DNA of 53,282 nucleotides from Gemmatimonadota bacterium (GTDB taxonomy: Bacteria > Gemmatimonadota > Gemmatimonadetes > Gemmatimonadales > Gemmatimonadaceae). Below are positions 19,065 to 29,746 of this stretch, one piece after another (positions within the stretch are counted from its first letter, which is position 1; each line of letters begins with the position of its first letter). Where the stretch lies: positions 1-53,282 of the forward strand of contig JANMLN010000166.1 in the NCBI GenBank assembly GCA_031372565.1. The letters run 5' to 3'. The notes under the pieces are model-generated. The model had not been told where the DNA came from, ran no database searches, and saw nothing but the letters and a program-made list of their open reading frames with translations. The position numbers and the translations under genes were made by a program.

Positions 19065-22000
19065 TCAGAAGGAGTAGCGAATGCCGAGCTGGATCTGCTG
19101 TTGCAGCGTCTGCCCGATGTCGAGCGGCGTGGCCTGACCGAAGGTCGGGTTGACCTGGTAGGTGTAGCGCCGGGTGTTCTGGTCGAAACCGCGGGCCGAG
19201 AGCAGCGACTGGTTGGCGCCCGAGACCGTGACGAACCGGCCCCAGTTGCTGTTGAGCGCGTTGCCGAGGTTGAACCAGTCGAACTGCAACTCCATGCTCT
19301 GGCCGCGCACGGTGAACTTGCGCGAGAGCCGCAGGTCGAGCGTCACGAGGTCCGGGTTCCGGCAGACGTTGCGCTTGGCGATCTGCCCGCGGATGGAATT
19401 GACGCAGGTGTTCGTGGCCACGATCTGGTTGAGCAGGTCACGCTGGTTCTGCGCATCGTTGAAGGTGGCGTTGGTGCCCATCGGCAGCGGCCCGACGAAG
19501 CCCGGTGTCGAACCACCGAGGTAGATGTCGCCTTCGGTCGGGATGTAGGCGCGGGCGTTGGCCGACCCGACACCCTGCACGTCCGTGCCGAACTGCGGCG
19601 TCCATGGCACCCCCGAACGCACGGTGAAGATGCTCGAGAGCTGGACACCGAGCGGGAGGTAGAACGTCGGCGAGAGCACCAACGTGTGCGTGCGCTGGAA
19701 GTCCGGGCTCGCCCACTGGTCCTCGAAGTTGTTCGGATTGGCCGACCACCGGCCTGCATTGAACATCGAGTTGGTGATGCAGCAGCTCGTCGACCCGTTA
19801 TCGGTCGACTTGTCGTAGGTGTACTGCGCGTAGAACTGGCCCCACGAGCCGCGGCCGCGCAGTTCGACCCAGCCCTGGCGGACTTCGGTCGAGCCGAGCG
19901 AGCGGTGCACGAGGACTCGGCCGAACTGCGTGCTGCGGCGGCTGAAGGTCTGGTTGGTGGCACCGGTGGCCGAGATCGAGGTCGGATCGGTGTACACGGG
20001 AATGCCGCCGAGCTCGGTGAAGAACGGCACCGGATTCAGGTTGTCATCCTGCACGAGGAAGTTCTGGCGGATGACGCCGAAGACGCCCTCGACCGAGACG
20101 CGCCAGCCGTTCACGATCTCGCGATCGTACCCGACGTTGGTCTTCCACGAGTAGGCAGGCTTGTAGTCGGCGTCGAATGCGTTGATGGTCGGTGCAGCGG
20201 GCGGTGCGCCCACGCCCACGCAGGCCGACGGAATCGTCGCCGGATTCGCGCCGAAACCGCCGAAGTTCGGTGTCGGAGCGGCAGCGCCCGTGCAACTCAC
20301 GGCCGACTGCGCGAGGCCGTTGTTCACGAAGGCGTTGGAGAGCGTCACGTACGGGTTGCGCCCGTAGATGACCGCCGTGCTGGCCCGGAAGAGCTGGCGG
20401 CCGTCGCCATCGGGATCGTAGGTCACGCCGATACGGGGCGAGATGGTCGCCGCGGTCGGCATGTTGGACGTCGAGAGGTACGGGAAGACGCGTGACAGGT
20501 TGCTGAAGGTCAGCGGCACATCAGGCGTCTGCTGACCGTCGAAGCGGAGTCCGTACGTGACGAACAGCTTCGGGTTGATCTGCCACTCGTCCTGCGCCCA
20601 CGCGGCGTACTCGAAGTAGCGGAACTGCGCGTCGATGATCGACGGCTGCCCAGGGACCGGAATGGCGCGGGTGTACTGGTTGACGACGCCGTTCTCGAAG
20701 TCGGACATCGAGTTGAACGACCAGGTGCCCAGCTCGTTGTTGCGGAACTTGTTGTAGACGTCGGTTCCGGTGAAGTTGCCGCCGAACTTGAGGTTGTGAT
20801 TGCCCAGCGTGACGCGGAAGTTGTCGACGAACTCGACGATGTCGGTGTTCAGGATGTTCGCGTGGAGCACCGGATCGGAACCGAACCGGATGGCCGTGAG
20901 GATCGACGAGCCGTTGCTCAGCACCGAGTTCACGTTGTTGATCGTGACCTGCGAGATCGGCGAGTTGAACTGCGCCGTGTTGTACGAGGGGCGCGGCTTG
21001 CGCACCGTGGCGTACTGCGCGCGGAACTCGTTCGAGTAGTTCTTCCACGCGGCCGTCCAGGCAAACACGCCGGACGTCGAGCCGTCGGTGTTGTCGCCCG
21101 CGTTGGACGTCAGCTCGGTCAACGTCGGACCGATCGTGAGGCGATCGTTCGAAATGTTGGTGCGGGTGGCGTTGACGCGGAGCGTCAGGTGGTTCACCTC
21201 ATTCGCCTGCCAATCGAGGCGCGCGAACACCGCGGACTCGTCGGAGTTCTGCACCTTGGAGCCCGTCTCGCTCGCGAGATCGAGCCCGTAGACGCGGTTC
21301 GCGATGCCGAGGAAGTTCTGCAGCGTATCGGGGTTGATGCCGCTCGCCCGGATCGAGTTGTCCGTGCGGTCGGGGTTCACGAACACCAGGCGCGGGTCGT
21401 AGCCGGTCTGGCGCTCGAAGTTGAACAGGAAGTGCAGCTTGTCCTTGACGATCGGGCCCGCGAACTGGAAGCCGAACTGCTGCCGCTCGAAGTTGACCGG
21501 GTCGCGACCGAGGAAGTCGACGCCCGTCGTTGCCGCGCCGAACATGCTCGTGGAGCGCCCGTACATCCAGGCCGCGCCGCTGAACTTGTTGGTGCCGCTC
21601 TTGGTCACGGCGTTGACCGCACCGCCCGTGAAGCTGCCGATCTCCACGTCGACCGCGTTGGTGATGACCTGGATTTCCTTGACGGTCTCCACCGAATACG
21701 AGAACGGGGCGCGGTCACCGCCGCGGGCGTCACCGCCGAAGAACCCTTCGTTGTTGTTGGTGCCGTCCATCAGGATGTTGCTGGCGCCCGTCCGGCCACC
21801 ACCAACCGACTGGCCACCGCCCGAGCCCGGGTTGCCCAGGTCCGACACGCCCGGGGTGAGCTTCACGAGGTCGCGGTAGTTGCGCCCGTTGAGCGGAAGC
21901 GCCGAGATCTGGTCCGATCCGATGCGCGTATTGGAGCCGGTCTTGCTGGTCTCGATCAGCGGCGAGACCTCGGCCGTGACCTTCACCGACGACAGCTGCG

Positions 22001-22361
22001 TGGCGACTTCACTGAGCTCGAAGTCGAGCCTCTCGATGCCGCCGAGCGAGACGCGCACGTTGGGCGTCTGCACCGCGCGATACCCGATGATCTGCGCCTT
22101 GATGGTGTAGAGACCCGGGTCAAGAAAGCCCAGACGGTACTCGCCGCCCGAACGGGTCACGGCGATCCGGCGAATGCCGGTCTCCTGGTTGGTCGCGATG
22201 ACCGTGACGTCGGCCATCGGCTTGGCAGCCGGACCGCGCACGGTGCCGCGCACCGTACCAGTGGTGGTCGAACCCTGAGCGGCGGCCGAGACCGGCGCCA
22301 CTGCAACACCCATCGCGAGCAAGATGCCGCTCACGAACGCACGGACAAACGAAGTGCTCAC
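19065..22361 (-). CDS. Oar-like TonB-dependent outer-membrane receptor with carboxypeptidase-regulatory-like N-domain
   Basis: Signal peptide, GTVRGTV...LDPGLYTI, LPLNGRNY..L..LTPG, NAVTKSGTN, GPIVKDKLHF, terminal QLGIRYSF; GTG start with AGGAAGG RBS. Confidence 0.9.
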   Translation of the reverse strand: MSTSFVRAFVSGILLAMGVAVAPVSAAAQGSTTTGTVRGTVRGPAAKPMADVTVIATNQETGIRRIAVTRSGGEYRLGFLDPGLYTIKAQIIGYRAVQTPNVRVSLGGIERLDFELSEVATQLSSVKVTAEVSPLIETSKTGSNTRIGSDQISALPLNGRNYRDLVKLTPGVSDLGNPGSGGGQSVGGGRTGASNILMDGTNNNEGFFGGDARGGDRAPFSYSVETVKEIQVITNAVDVEIGSFTGGAVNAVTKSGTNKFSGAAWMYGRSTSMFGAATTGVDFLGRDPVNFERQQFGFQFAGPIVKDKLHFLFNFERQTGYDPRLVFVNPDRTDNSIRASGINPDTLQNFLGIANRVYGLDLASETGSKVQNSDESAVFARLDWQANEVNHLTLRVNATRTNISNDRLTIGPTLTELTSNAGDNTDGSTSGVFAWTAAWKNYSNEFRAQYATVRKPRPSYNTAQFNSPISQVTINNVNSVLSNGSSILTAIRFGSDPVLHANILNTDIVEFVDNFRVTLGNHNLKFGGNFTGTDVYNKFRNNELGTWSFNSMSDFENGVVNQYTRAIPVPGQPSIIDAQFRYFEYAAWAQDEWQINPKLFVTYGLRFDGQQTPDVPLTFSNLSRVFPYLSTSNMPTAATISPRIGVTYDPDGDGRQLFRASTAVIYGRNPYVTLSNAFVNNGLAQSAVSCTGAAAPTPNFGGFGANPATIPSACVGVGAPPAAPTINAFDADYKPAYSWKTNVGYDREIVNGWRVSVEGVFGVIRQNFLVQDDNLNPVPFFTELGGIPVYTDPTSISATGATNQTFSRRSTQFGRVLVHRSLGSTEVRQGWVELRGRGSWGQFYAQYTYDKSTDNGSTSCCITNSMFNAGRWSANPNNFEDQWASPDFQRTHTLVLSPTFYLPLGVQLSSIFTVRSGVPWTPQFGTDVQGVGSANARAYIPTEGDIYLGGSTPGFVGPLPMGTNATFNDAQNQRDLLNQIVATNTCVNSIRGQIAKRNVCRNPDLVTLDLRLSRKFTVRGQSMELQFDWFNLGNALNSNWGRFVTVSGANQSLLSARGFDQNTRRYTYQVNPTFGQATPLDIGQTLQQQIQLGIRYSF

Positions 22362-22443
22362 ATGCCCTTCCTGAAGAGGTACGGGGAGGGGAAACGACGG
22401 CGGGACCGAACGCACCCTTGCGCCCGGCGCGCATAAGCCGTGA

Positions 22444-22471
22444 AACGTAACGGAGTCGGATGACGGGTCAA
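22444..22471 (-). promoter_or_regulatory. putative sigma70 promoter of the TonB-receptor operon
   Basis: TTGACC-N16-TACGTT on the minus strand. Confidence 0.4.
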
Positions 22472-22538
22472 TTCACCGCCGGGTTTCCGTGGCGGAGCCG
22501 TGACTTGGCCGCCGCTCGTCGTCGCCCCTTGGCGCCGC

Positions 22539-23891
22539 TCAGCCGGTGGCAGCCCGGCGCTTCTCCACGTAATAGAAAATTGGAATTCCCAGGGCGATCA
22601 CGCCGAAGATGGCCATGGTCGGAAGACGGGCGCCCGGGTCAGCCAACCCGTTGACCAGCAACATGATCGTACTGACAACGAACAGCGCCGGGACCAGCGG
22701 TCCCCCCGGCGCACGAAAGGCCGGCGCATAGCCCGGGCGCCGCCGCAGGCGGTACACCGACGCCACCGCAAGGGCGTAAAACGGAATGAGGGCGGTCACG
22801 AAAGTGTCGGCCAACTGCTCGAATGAGCCGACCAGGACGAACGCCACCCCGACGGCACCCGTCAGGATGATCGCGACCCACGGTGCCTGCGTTCGCGGGT
22901 GCACCGCCGCGACCTGCCGGAACAGGAGTCCGTCGTCCGCCATCGCAAAGAAGACGCGCGGCGACGTCAACAACGTGCCGTTCAGTGTGCCAAACGTCGA
23001 GAGCACCACCGTGACCCCGACAAAGACTACCCCAGGCTGCCCAAGCAACCGGTCCGCGACCGTGGCCGCCACCAGTCGCGAGGACCGGATCTCGTCCACG
23101 GTCAGCACGCTCAAATACGCGATGTTGGCCAACAAATAGATCGCCAGCACCATGCAGGTGCCCAGCACCAGAGCGCGGGGCAGCGTGCGCTGGGGGTCCT
23201 TCACCTCCCCGCTCATGAAGCTCAGATCCGCCCAGCCGTCAAACGCCCACAAAACGGAAACGAGCGCGAGCCCGAAGGGTGCCATCCGGAGGCTGCCCTC
23301 CGGGAAGAACGGCGTGAAGTGTCCCCCCGACTGTGGGAGCCCGATCGCGATGGCCAGCAAGGCGATGAACAGCAGCCCGCCGTACTTGGCGACGACCGTC
23401 ACGTTGGTCACGCGCGACCCCCACTCGACCCCCATGACATTCACCGCCGTGGTCAGGGCAATCGCAGCCGCCGCCACATAGTGCACGCGCTGGTCCCACG
23501 GCGCATGCGACGGATCGACCCCGGTCGCGCGCAGCAAGTACTCCGCAAACGTCGTCGAGATGGCGCCGAGCGACGCCGCCCGGATGATCACCAGCTCGGC
23601 CCACCCGAACAGGAAGGCCCAGAGCCGCCCCCAGACCTCGCGGAGGTACACATACACGCCGCCGGTCTCGTTCGGGAAGACACTCGCCACTTCGGCGAGC
23701 GAGAGCGCGCCGCACAGCGCGAAAATCCCGCCGGCGGACCAGACCAGAATGAGCGGAAAGGGTCCCGGCAGCTTGTCCGCGACGCCTGCCGGCGACCGGA
23801 AAATGCCGGAGCCGATGATCTGGCCCACGCAGACGGCCGATGCCGCCCAAATGCCGAGATGCCGCTTGAGGACCCGCGGGGAGCCAGCCAT
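22539..23891 (-). CDS. APC family amino acid permease
   Basis: IIGSGIF, GALSLAE, GGVYVYLRE, WAFDGW, EVKDPQR; start ATG 23891. Confidence 0.92.
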   Translation of the reverse strand: MAGSPRVLKRHLGIWAASAVCVGQIIGSGIFRSPAGVADKLPGPFPLILVWSAGGIFALCGALSLAEVASVFPNETGGVYVYLREVWGRLWAFLFGWAELVIIRAASLGAISTTFAEYLLRATGVDPSHAPWDQRVHYVAAAAIALTTAVNVMGVEWGSRVTNVTVVAKYGGLLFIALLAIAIGLPQSGGHFTPFFPEGSLRMAPFGLALVSVLWAFDGWADLSFMSGEVKDPQRTLPRALVLGTCMVLAIYLLANIAYLSVLTVDEIRSSRLVAATVADRLLGQPGVVFVGVTVVLSTFGTLNGTLLTSPRVFFAMADDGLLFRQVAAVHPRTQAPWVAIILTGAVGVAFVLVGSFEQLADTFVTALIPFYALAVASVYRLRRRPGYAPAFRAPGGPLVPALFVVSTIMLLVNGLADPGARLPTMAIFGVIALGIPIFYYVEKRRAATG

Positions 23892-24039
23892 GAGGCCCAA
23901 TGGTAGACGCGCGCGCCACGCTCCGCTACGCCCCACGCAACGCCGGGAACGGAGTTCCGGCTGCAATGCGTACATATTGTACGTCGCTGGTGGCGCTCTG
24001 CCCTTGGGCGCGTTGGCCTTTCCTCTCGTCATCTCCCCA

Positions 24040-24284
24040 GTGCGCTTCCCGTCTGGATTGAGTTCAGCCCTGTTCTGGCTCTGCGCCGCAGCCGCCGCAT
24101 GGGCGCAGCTCGCCCTGCTCCGCTCGGCACTCTCACCTGCGTCGGAGGTGGCACCGGAGCGTGCCGTTCATGTGTCGTCCTCGCGCTTCGCTGAACTCGC
24201 CTGGTCGGTGCTGCCGGCTGCGGGCCTCGTGGGCACCTTCGTGTGGGCCTGGATGCTCATGACCCCCGGATCGGGAGGCGCGCC

Positions 24285-24288
<4 letters not shown>
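24040..24288 (+). CDS. small two-TM hypothetical protein coupled to ctaB
   Basis: Two hydrophobic segments; ELAWSVLPA; its stop overlaps the ctaB ATG (ATGA). Confidence 0.6.
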
Positions 24289-25178
<890 letters not shown>

Positions 25179-25227
25179 AACGGCCGGTACGCGCCGACGC
25201 GCGCGGCGAAGCCCTGCCCCGCGCGTG

Positions 25228-26550
25228 TCAGGCCGATCGGCGTCGGGTGGCCCAACGGTGTACGCCAACACCAGCCGCGAGCAACGCGCTTCCGAAGAGG
25301 CTCGTGCGCAGCGAACTGAGGAACGCGCTGATCACCCCCACGAGTGCCGCCAGCACAAACAGGAGCGGCACCGCGGGATACCCGCTCACGCGATAGGGGC
25401 GCTCGAGGTCCGGGCGCGTCCGGCGCAGCACCAGGACACTGGCGGCCCCAAGCCCGAAGAAGATCCAGTCGGCAAAGACGACGCCCGAGAGCAACGCCCC
25501 GATCTCGCCGCGAGTGCCGATGAGGAGCGCCAACGACCAGCCGCCGAGCAGCGCGAGCGCCACGTGCGGCGAGCCGAACCGCGGATGCACCCGGGCGGCG
25601 CTCGTCAGGAAGGCGCCGTCGGCACCGAGGGCAAAGAGCACGCGCGCATTGGTCAGCAGCGCCACGCCCGTGAAGCCGAGGATGGAGAGCATGGCGGCCA
25701 CGGTGATCGCACTGGCGCCCGCCGGGCCGGCGAGTCGCGCCGCCGTATCTGCCGCGACCGCCGTACTCGCGGCCAAGCCATCGCGCCCGAGCACGTGCAG
25801 GTAGACGAGGTTGGCACCGAGGTAGATCGCGATCACGGTCGCGATGCCGATGACGAGGGCCCGCGGGATCGTGCGCTGCGGGTCGCGAATTTCGCCGGCG
25901 ACCATGTTCATCTGCTGCCAGCCACCGATCGTGAACAGCACCGCGACGAACGCCGTCGCGGCACCGGTGAGGAGATCGGGGGCCAGCGGGGGCGACACGA
26001 CCGGGAGCGGAACGACGACCTCCCAGCGCGCGAGCCCGAGCCCGATGAGGGCAAACAAGGCGACGCTCTTGGCGAGCGTGAGTGCGTTCTGCACGAACGC
26101 CCCGGGCTTGAGGCCCACGATGTTGGTCAGCGTGAGCACGACGATCGTGAGCGCCGCCAGCCCGATCCGTCCGCCAACCGGCGCCAGCGAGACGTATCGC
26201 TCGGCATAACCGGCGAAGCTCATCGCCACCGCCGCGATCGCCCCGCTGGCGATCATCGCCAACGTCATCCACCCGCAGAGAAAGGCGGGCAGCGGCCCGA
26301 ACGCTTCGCGAATGTAGATGTACGCCCCTCCCGCCTCGGGCAGCATGGCGCCGAGTTCGGCGTACGTCAGCGCCCCCGCCAATGCGACGAGACCACCGAC
26401 CACCCACACGGCGAGAATCGGCGTGGCGCCGGGCAGTGCACGCGCCACCTCGGCGGGGGTGAAGAAGATGCCGCTGCCGATGATGCCACCCACCACGAGC
26501 AGCGCCGCCGAGAAGAGGCCGAGCTCGCGGGTGAGCCGCGGCGCGGTCAT
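25228..26550 (-). CDS. APC family amino acid permease
   Basis: LTRELG, IIGSGIF, GALTYAEL, GGAYIY, EIRDPQR, RPYRVSGYP. Confidence 0.92.
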   Translation of the reverse strand: MTAPRLTRELGLFSAALLVVGGIIGSGIFFTPAEVARALPGATPILAVWVVGGLVALAGALTYAELGAMLPEAGGAYIYIREAFGPLPAFLCGWMTLAMIASGAIAAVAMSFAGYAERYVSLAPVGGRIGLAALTIVVLTLTNIVGLKPGAFVQNALTLAKSVALFALIGLGLARWEVVVPLPVVSPPLAPDLLTGAATAFVAVLFTIGGWQQMNMVAGEIRDPQRTIPRALVIGIATVIAIYLGANLVYLHVLGRDGLAASTAVAADTAARLAGPAGASAITVAAMLSILGFTGVALLTNARVLFALGADGAFLTSAARVHPRFGSPHVALALLGGWSLALLIGTRGEIGALLSGVVFADWIFFGLGAASVLVLRRTRPDLERPYRVSGYPAVPLLFVLAALVGVISAFLSSLRTSLFGSALLAAGVGVHRWATRRRSA

Positions 26551-27734
26551 CCGGTGATGATCAGCTCGCGCTGTGGTTCACGCGGGGTGACCTGCAGGCC
26601 CGTCGGCCTGACGATGCCGTTCACCTCGGACCGCACGCCGAAATCGCCGGCGAGATAGACGCCGGGCTCGATCGAGAAGGCGACGCCGGGGAGCAGCGCT
26701 CGCTCGTCGCGCGTCTCCATGTCGTCGAGATTGGGGCCCGAGCCGTGCAAGTCACGCGCGTCGATCGAGTGCCCGAGCCGGTGCGTGAAGTAGGGGCCGT
26801 AGCCGCGCTCGGTGATGAGGCCACGCGCGACCGCATCGGCGGAGCCACCCGTCACGGCACGGCCCGCGCCGAGTTCGCGCCCGAGGTGGGCGATCGCGGC
26901 GTCGCGGGCATCGCGAACCGCTTCCCACACGGCGACCACGCGCGGGGCGGGGGTTCCGAGCGACGCCATCCAGCACTGGTCCGCCCAGATGCCGTCCTGC
27001 CTGTTCTTCGCAAAGAGATCGATCAACAGCACGTCGCCCAGGGCGATCGGCAGGGCGAGCGCCGCCGTCGGCTCGTAGTGCGGATCGGCCGCGTGCGCGT
27101 TGACCGCCACCGTGGGGCCGTGATCGGTGGTCAGCCCCGCCGCGTCGAACCGCTCGCGAATCCACGCGCCCAACTCATGCTCAAGCACGGGCTGGCCAGC
27201 GCGCGCGGCCTCTCCGGCCCGTGCGAAGGCGGCCTTGGCGATCGCGGCGATGCGCTCTGCGGTGCGCTCGTGCGCCGCGATCTGCGCCTCGTCCCAGCCC
27301 GCGTAGCAGCGCGAGACCAGCTCCGCGGAGGTGACAACGGTCGCGCCCGCGTTGCGCACCATCTCGATGACGCCGGCCGGCACGCGATCCACGTACGGCA
27401 CTCCGTCCCCCGGGACGTACTCCATGGCGACGGTCTTGCCGTTCACGACATCGTGCAGCGCGGCCTCGAGCGGTCGCCAGCCGGCATAGATCGTGCGCGG
27501 CCACGCGGCGGGCCAGTACCGCCACGGCCCGGGCTCGATGGCATGGGCGATGCCCACGGGAGTTCCGGTGCGGGGGATGTACGCAAAGACGCGTCGTGTC
27601 GCGAGCCCTTCGACGCCGATGAGTTCGGCGGCGATCGGGTTGGTGCCACGGAAGTCGTACAGGAGCCAACCATCGACCCCCGCACTGACGATCGCAGCCT
27701 GGACGCTCGCGAGGTTCGCTTCACTCAGTCGCAT
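26547..27734 (-). CDS. M24 (Xaa-Pro aminopeptidase-like) metallopeptidase
   Basis: ADPHY, LLIDLFA, ADQCW, FTHRLGHSI, FSIEPGVY, GVRSE; start ATG 27734. Confidence 0.9.
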   Translation of the reverse strand: MRLSEANLASVQAAIVSAGVDGWLLYDFRGTNPIAAELIGVEGLATRRVFAYIPRTGTPVGIAHAIEPGPWRYWPAAWPRTIYAGWRPLEAALHDVVNGKTVAMEYVPGDGVPYVDRVPAGVIEMVRNAGATVVTSAELVSRCYAGWDEAQIAAHERTAERIAAIAKAAFARAGEAARAGQPVLEHELGAWIRERFDAAGLTTDHGPTVAVNAHAADPHYEPTAALALPIALGDVLLIDLFAKNRQDGIWADQCWMASLGTPAPRVVAVWEAVRDARDAAIAHLGRELGAGRAVTGGSADAVARGLITERGYGPYFTHRLGHSIDARDLHGSGPNLDDMETRDERALLPGVAFSIEPGVYLAGDFGVRSEVNGIVRPTGLQVTPREPQRELIITG

Positions 27735-27750
27735 CGGCGCTCCTGACGTT

Positions 27751-28389
27751 TCATCGCCCGGCAGCGCGCCATTCGGCGCGCCATTCACACACTCCCTCAC
27801 CACGTGACGCACACCGGACATGATCCACGGCGCCCGCGCCGTCGACCAGGAGCTTGAGCAGTTCGCGCAGCGCGGCTTCTTGCAAGGCGCACCCGGACTG
27901 CCGCGGCCCCGTGTCAAGGGTCACCGAGGACGGCACCGACAGGAGCACGGAGGAGCCGACACGTGCGACGGTGCCCCCGAGATACCGCACCGCGATGCGC
28001 CGCATGTGGCGCAGCGCCAGCGGGCGGGCGAGCATGCCCGGCAGGGTCCGCATGATGCTGCGCGATACCGGGGCGACGCGCGCATACGCCTCGTTTGCCA
28101 GGTAGCGTCCCGCCGATCGGAACACGACCTCGGCGTCGGTGCGCCGTCCGACCAAGCGGGCGAGGGCGACGGCCTCATCGAACGGGATGCGCTGACCACG
28201 GCGCACGGCGTCGCTGTAGCGGCGGATTTGCGCGTACACCGTCTCGGACAGGCCGAGGCGCTTGTTTCGCAGCTCCGGAACCAGTTCGGCCTCGAGGTCG
28301 CCGTCGGGGGCGTCCACGAGGCGAACCGCCTCGAGGAAAGCGAGGGGGAGGAGGGCGTCTACCGTGCGGGAAGGCCTTGGGTCAGTCAC
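27751..28389 (-). CDS. hypothetical protein with V4R-like C-terminus
   Basis: GCAL...HVRCASRGEGVCEW Cys pattern; start GTG 28389. Confidence 0.6.
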   Translation of the reverse strand: MTDPRPSRTVDALLPLAFLEAVRLVDAPDGDLEAELVPELRNKRLGLSETVYAQIRRYSDAVRRGQRIPFDEAVALARLVGRRTDAEVVFRSAGRYLANEAYARVAPVSRSIMRTLPGMLARPLALRHMRRIAVRYLGGTVARVGSSVLLSVPSSVTLDTGPRQSGCALQEAALRELLKLLVDGAGAVDHVRCASRGEGVCEWRAEWRAAGR

Positions 28390-28547
28390 GGCGGCGGAAG
28401 GTAACAGGTGCCCGGGCAGAAGGTGATCGTCGGGGCTGGGAACCGGAACGGACCGTTCCCGCTTATAGGGGGAACAACTGGACCACACCCGGTCTTTCCC
28501 TCTGGACCGGGGTTGGACCCGCATCCCTCACCTCCGGACGGCGCGGC

Positions 28548-28835
28548 ATGGCCACAGCTCGAGAGCAGCAGCACCAGCAGGCGCCACTCGAGTGCCACGA
28601 CTTCGCGCCGCACCTTGAGACGCTGCTCGACGGAGAGCTGAACGGGCACCAGCTGGAGTTCACCCTGCGGCACCTGCAGCGATGTACGGCCTGCCAGCGT
28701 GGTGCCGAGCACGCCAAGCGATATCGCGAGGCCATGCGCCGCGCGCACGAGGCCGACCGCGCGGAGCCGGAGCTGCTGGCCCGGATGCGCATGCGTGTTC
28801 GGCACGCCACCTCGACGGCGCAACCGCCACGTTGA
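28548..28835 (+). CDS. zf-HC2 (ZAS) anti-sigma-factor-like small protein
   Basis: LEC.......L...LDGEL.........HLQRCTAC (HxxxCxxC). Confidence 0.8.
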   Translation: MATAREQQHQQAPLECHDFAPHLETLLDGELNGHQLEFTLRHLQRCTACQRGAEHAKRYREAMRRAHEADRAEPELLARMRMRVRHATSTAQPPR

Positions 28836-29656
28836 TCGCGCGCACGCTTGCCGGCACCGCCGTCGCCGGTGGTGTGGCGCTGTTGGCGTGGCGCGCACGC
28901 TCGCTGTCCCGGTCGGGGGCCATCGCGGCCACGATCACGGGTGCCGTGGCCATCGGCGCCGGATGGGCATGGGGCGCCCTCCTGATCGGTTACTTCGTCT
29001 CATCGAGCGCACTCACGCGCATGGGTGCAGACAGGAAGGAACGGCGCACCGGGAGCGTGGTCGAGAAGGGGGGCGCACGCGATGCCTGGCAGGTGGCCGC
29101 CAACGGTGGCGTCTTCGCACTCGCCGCGCTGCTGGCCGCGTGGCAACATCCCGATGCAGCGCCGCCGGCGTGGGCTGCACTCGTGGGCGCTGGCACACTC
29201 GCCGCCGCAGCCGCCGACACCTGGTCCACCGAGATCGGCACGTTGCGTGGCGGCGAGCCACGACTGATCACCACATGGCGCCTGGTGCCGACGGGCACGT
29301 CAGGCGGAATCACGGGCTGGGGGACGCTCGGCGCGCTGTTGGGCGGCTCGGCGGTGGCAGCACTCGCGTTTCCGCTCGTCCTCGGGCCGGCAGGCCTGAG
29401 CGCGTGGTCAGGGGTCGTGATTGCGGCGTCGGGCGTGGTCGGCGCCTTTGCCGATAGCCTGCTGGGCGCCACGGTGCAGGCGCGCCGCCGCTGCCCCCGA
29501 TGCGACCGCGCAACGGAGCGACGGATCCACGATTGCGGCACCATCACGGTCCATGCAGGCGGCTGGCCCTGGATGACCAACGATGTGGTGAACGGGCTGG
29601 CGACCGTCGCGGGGGCGATCCCGCCGCTCGCGCTCGTCGCGCTGCTCGACCGGTGA
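28832..29656 (+). CDS. DUF92/TMEM19 family membrane protein
   Basis: LSRSGA, RDAWQVAANG, ADTWSTEIG, GTSGGIT, DSLLGATVQ, NDVVN; TTG start overlaps upstream TGA. Confidence 0.9.
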   Translation: MIARTLAGTAVAGGVALLAWRARSLSRSGAIAATITGAVAIGAGWAWGALLIGYFVSSSALTRMGADRKERRTGSVVEKGGARDAWQVAANGGVFALAALLAAWQHPDAAPPAWAALVGAGTLAAAAADTWSTEIGTLRGGEPRLITTWRLVPTGTSGGITGWGTLGALLGGSAVAALAFPLVLGPAGLSAWSGVVIAASGVVGAFADSLLGATVQARRRCPRCDRATERRIHDCGTITVHAGGWPWMTNDVVNGLATVAGAIPPLALVALLDR

Positions 29657-29746
29657 ACTCCGGAAAGCGCCCGATGACACGCTGTGTGTGCACGACTAGA
29701 CTCCGACGGTCAGGATGCGTGTTCGCGCCGAGAATCAGGGTGGCCC

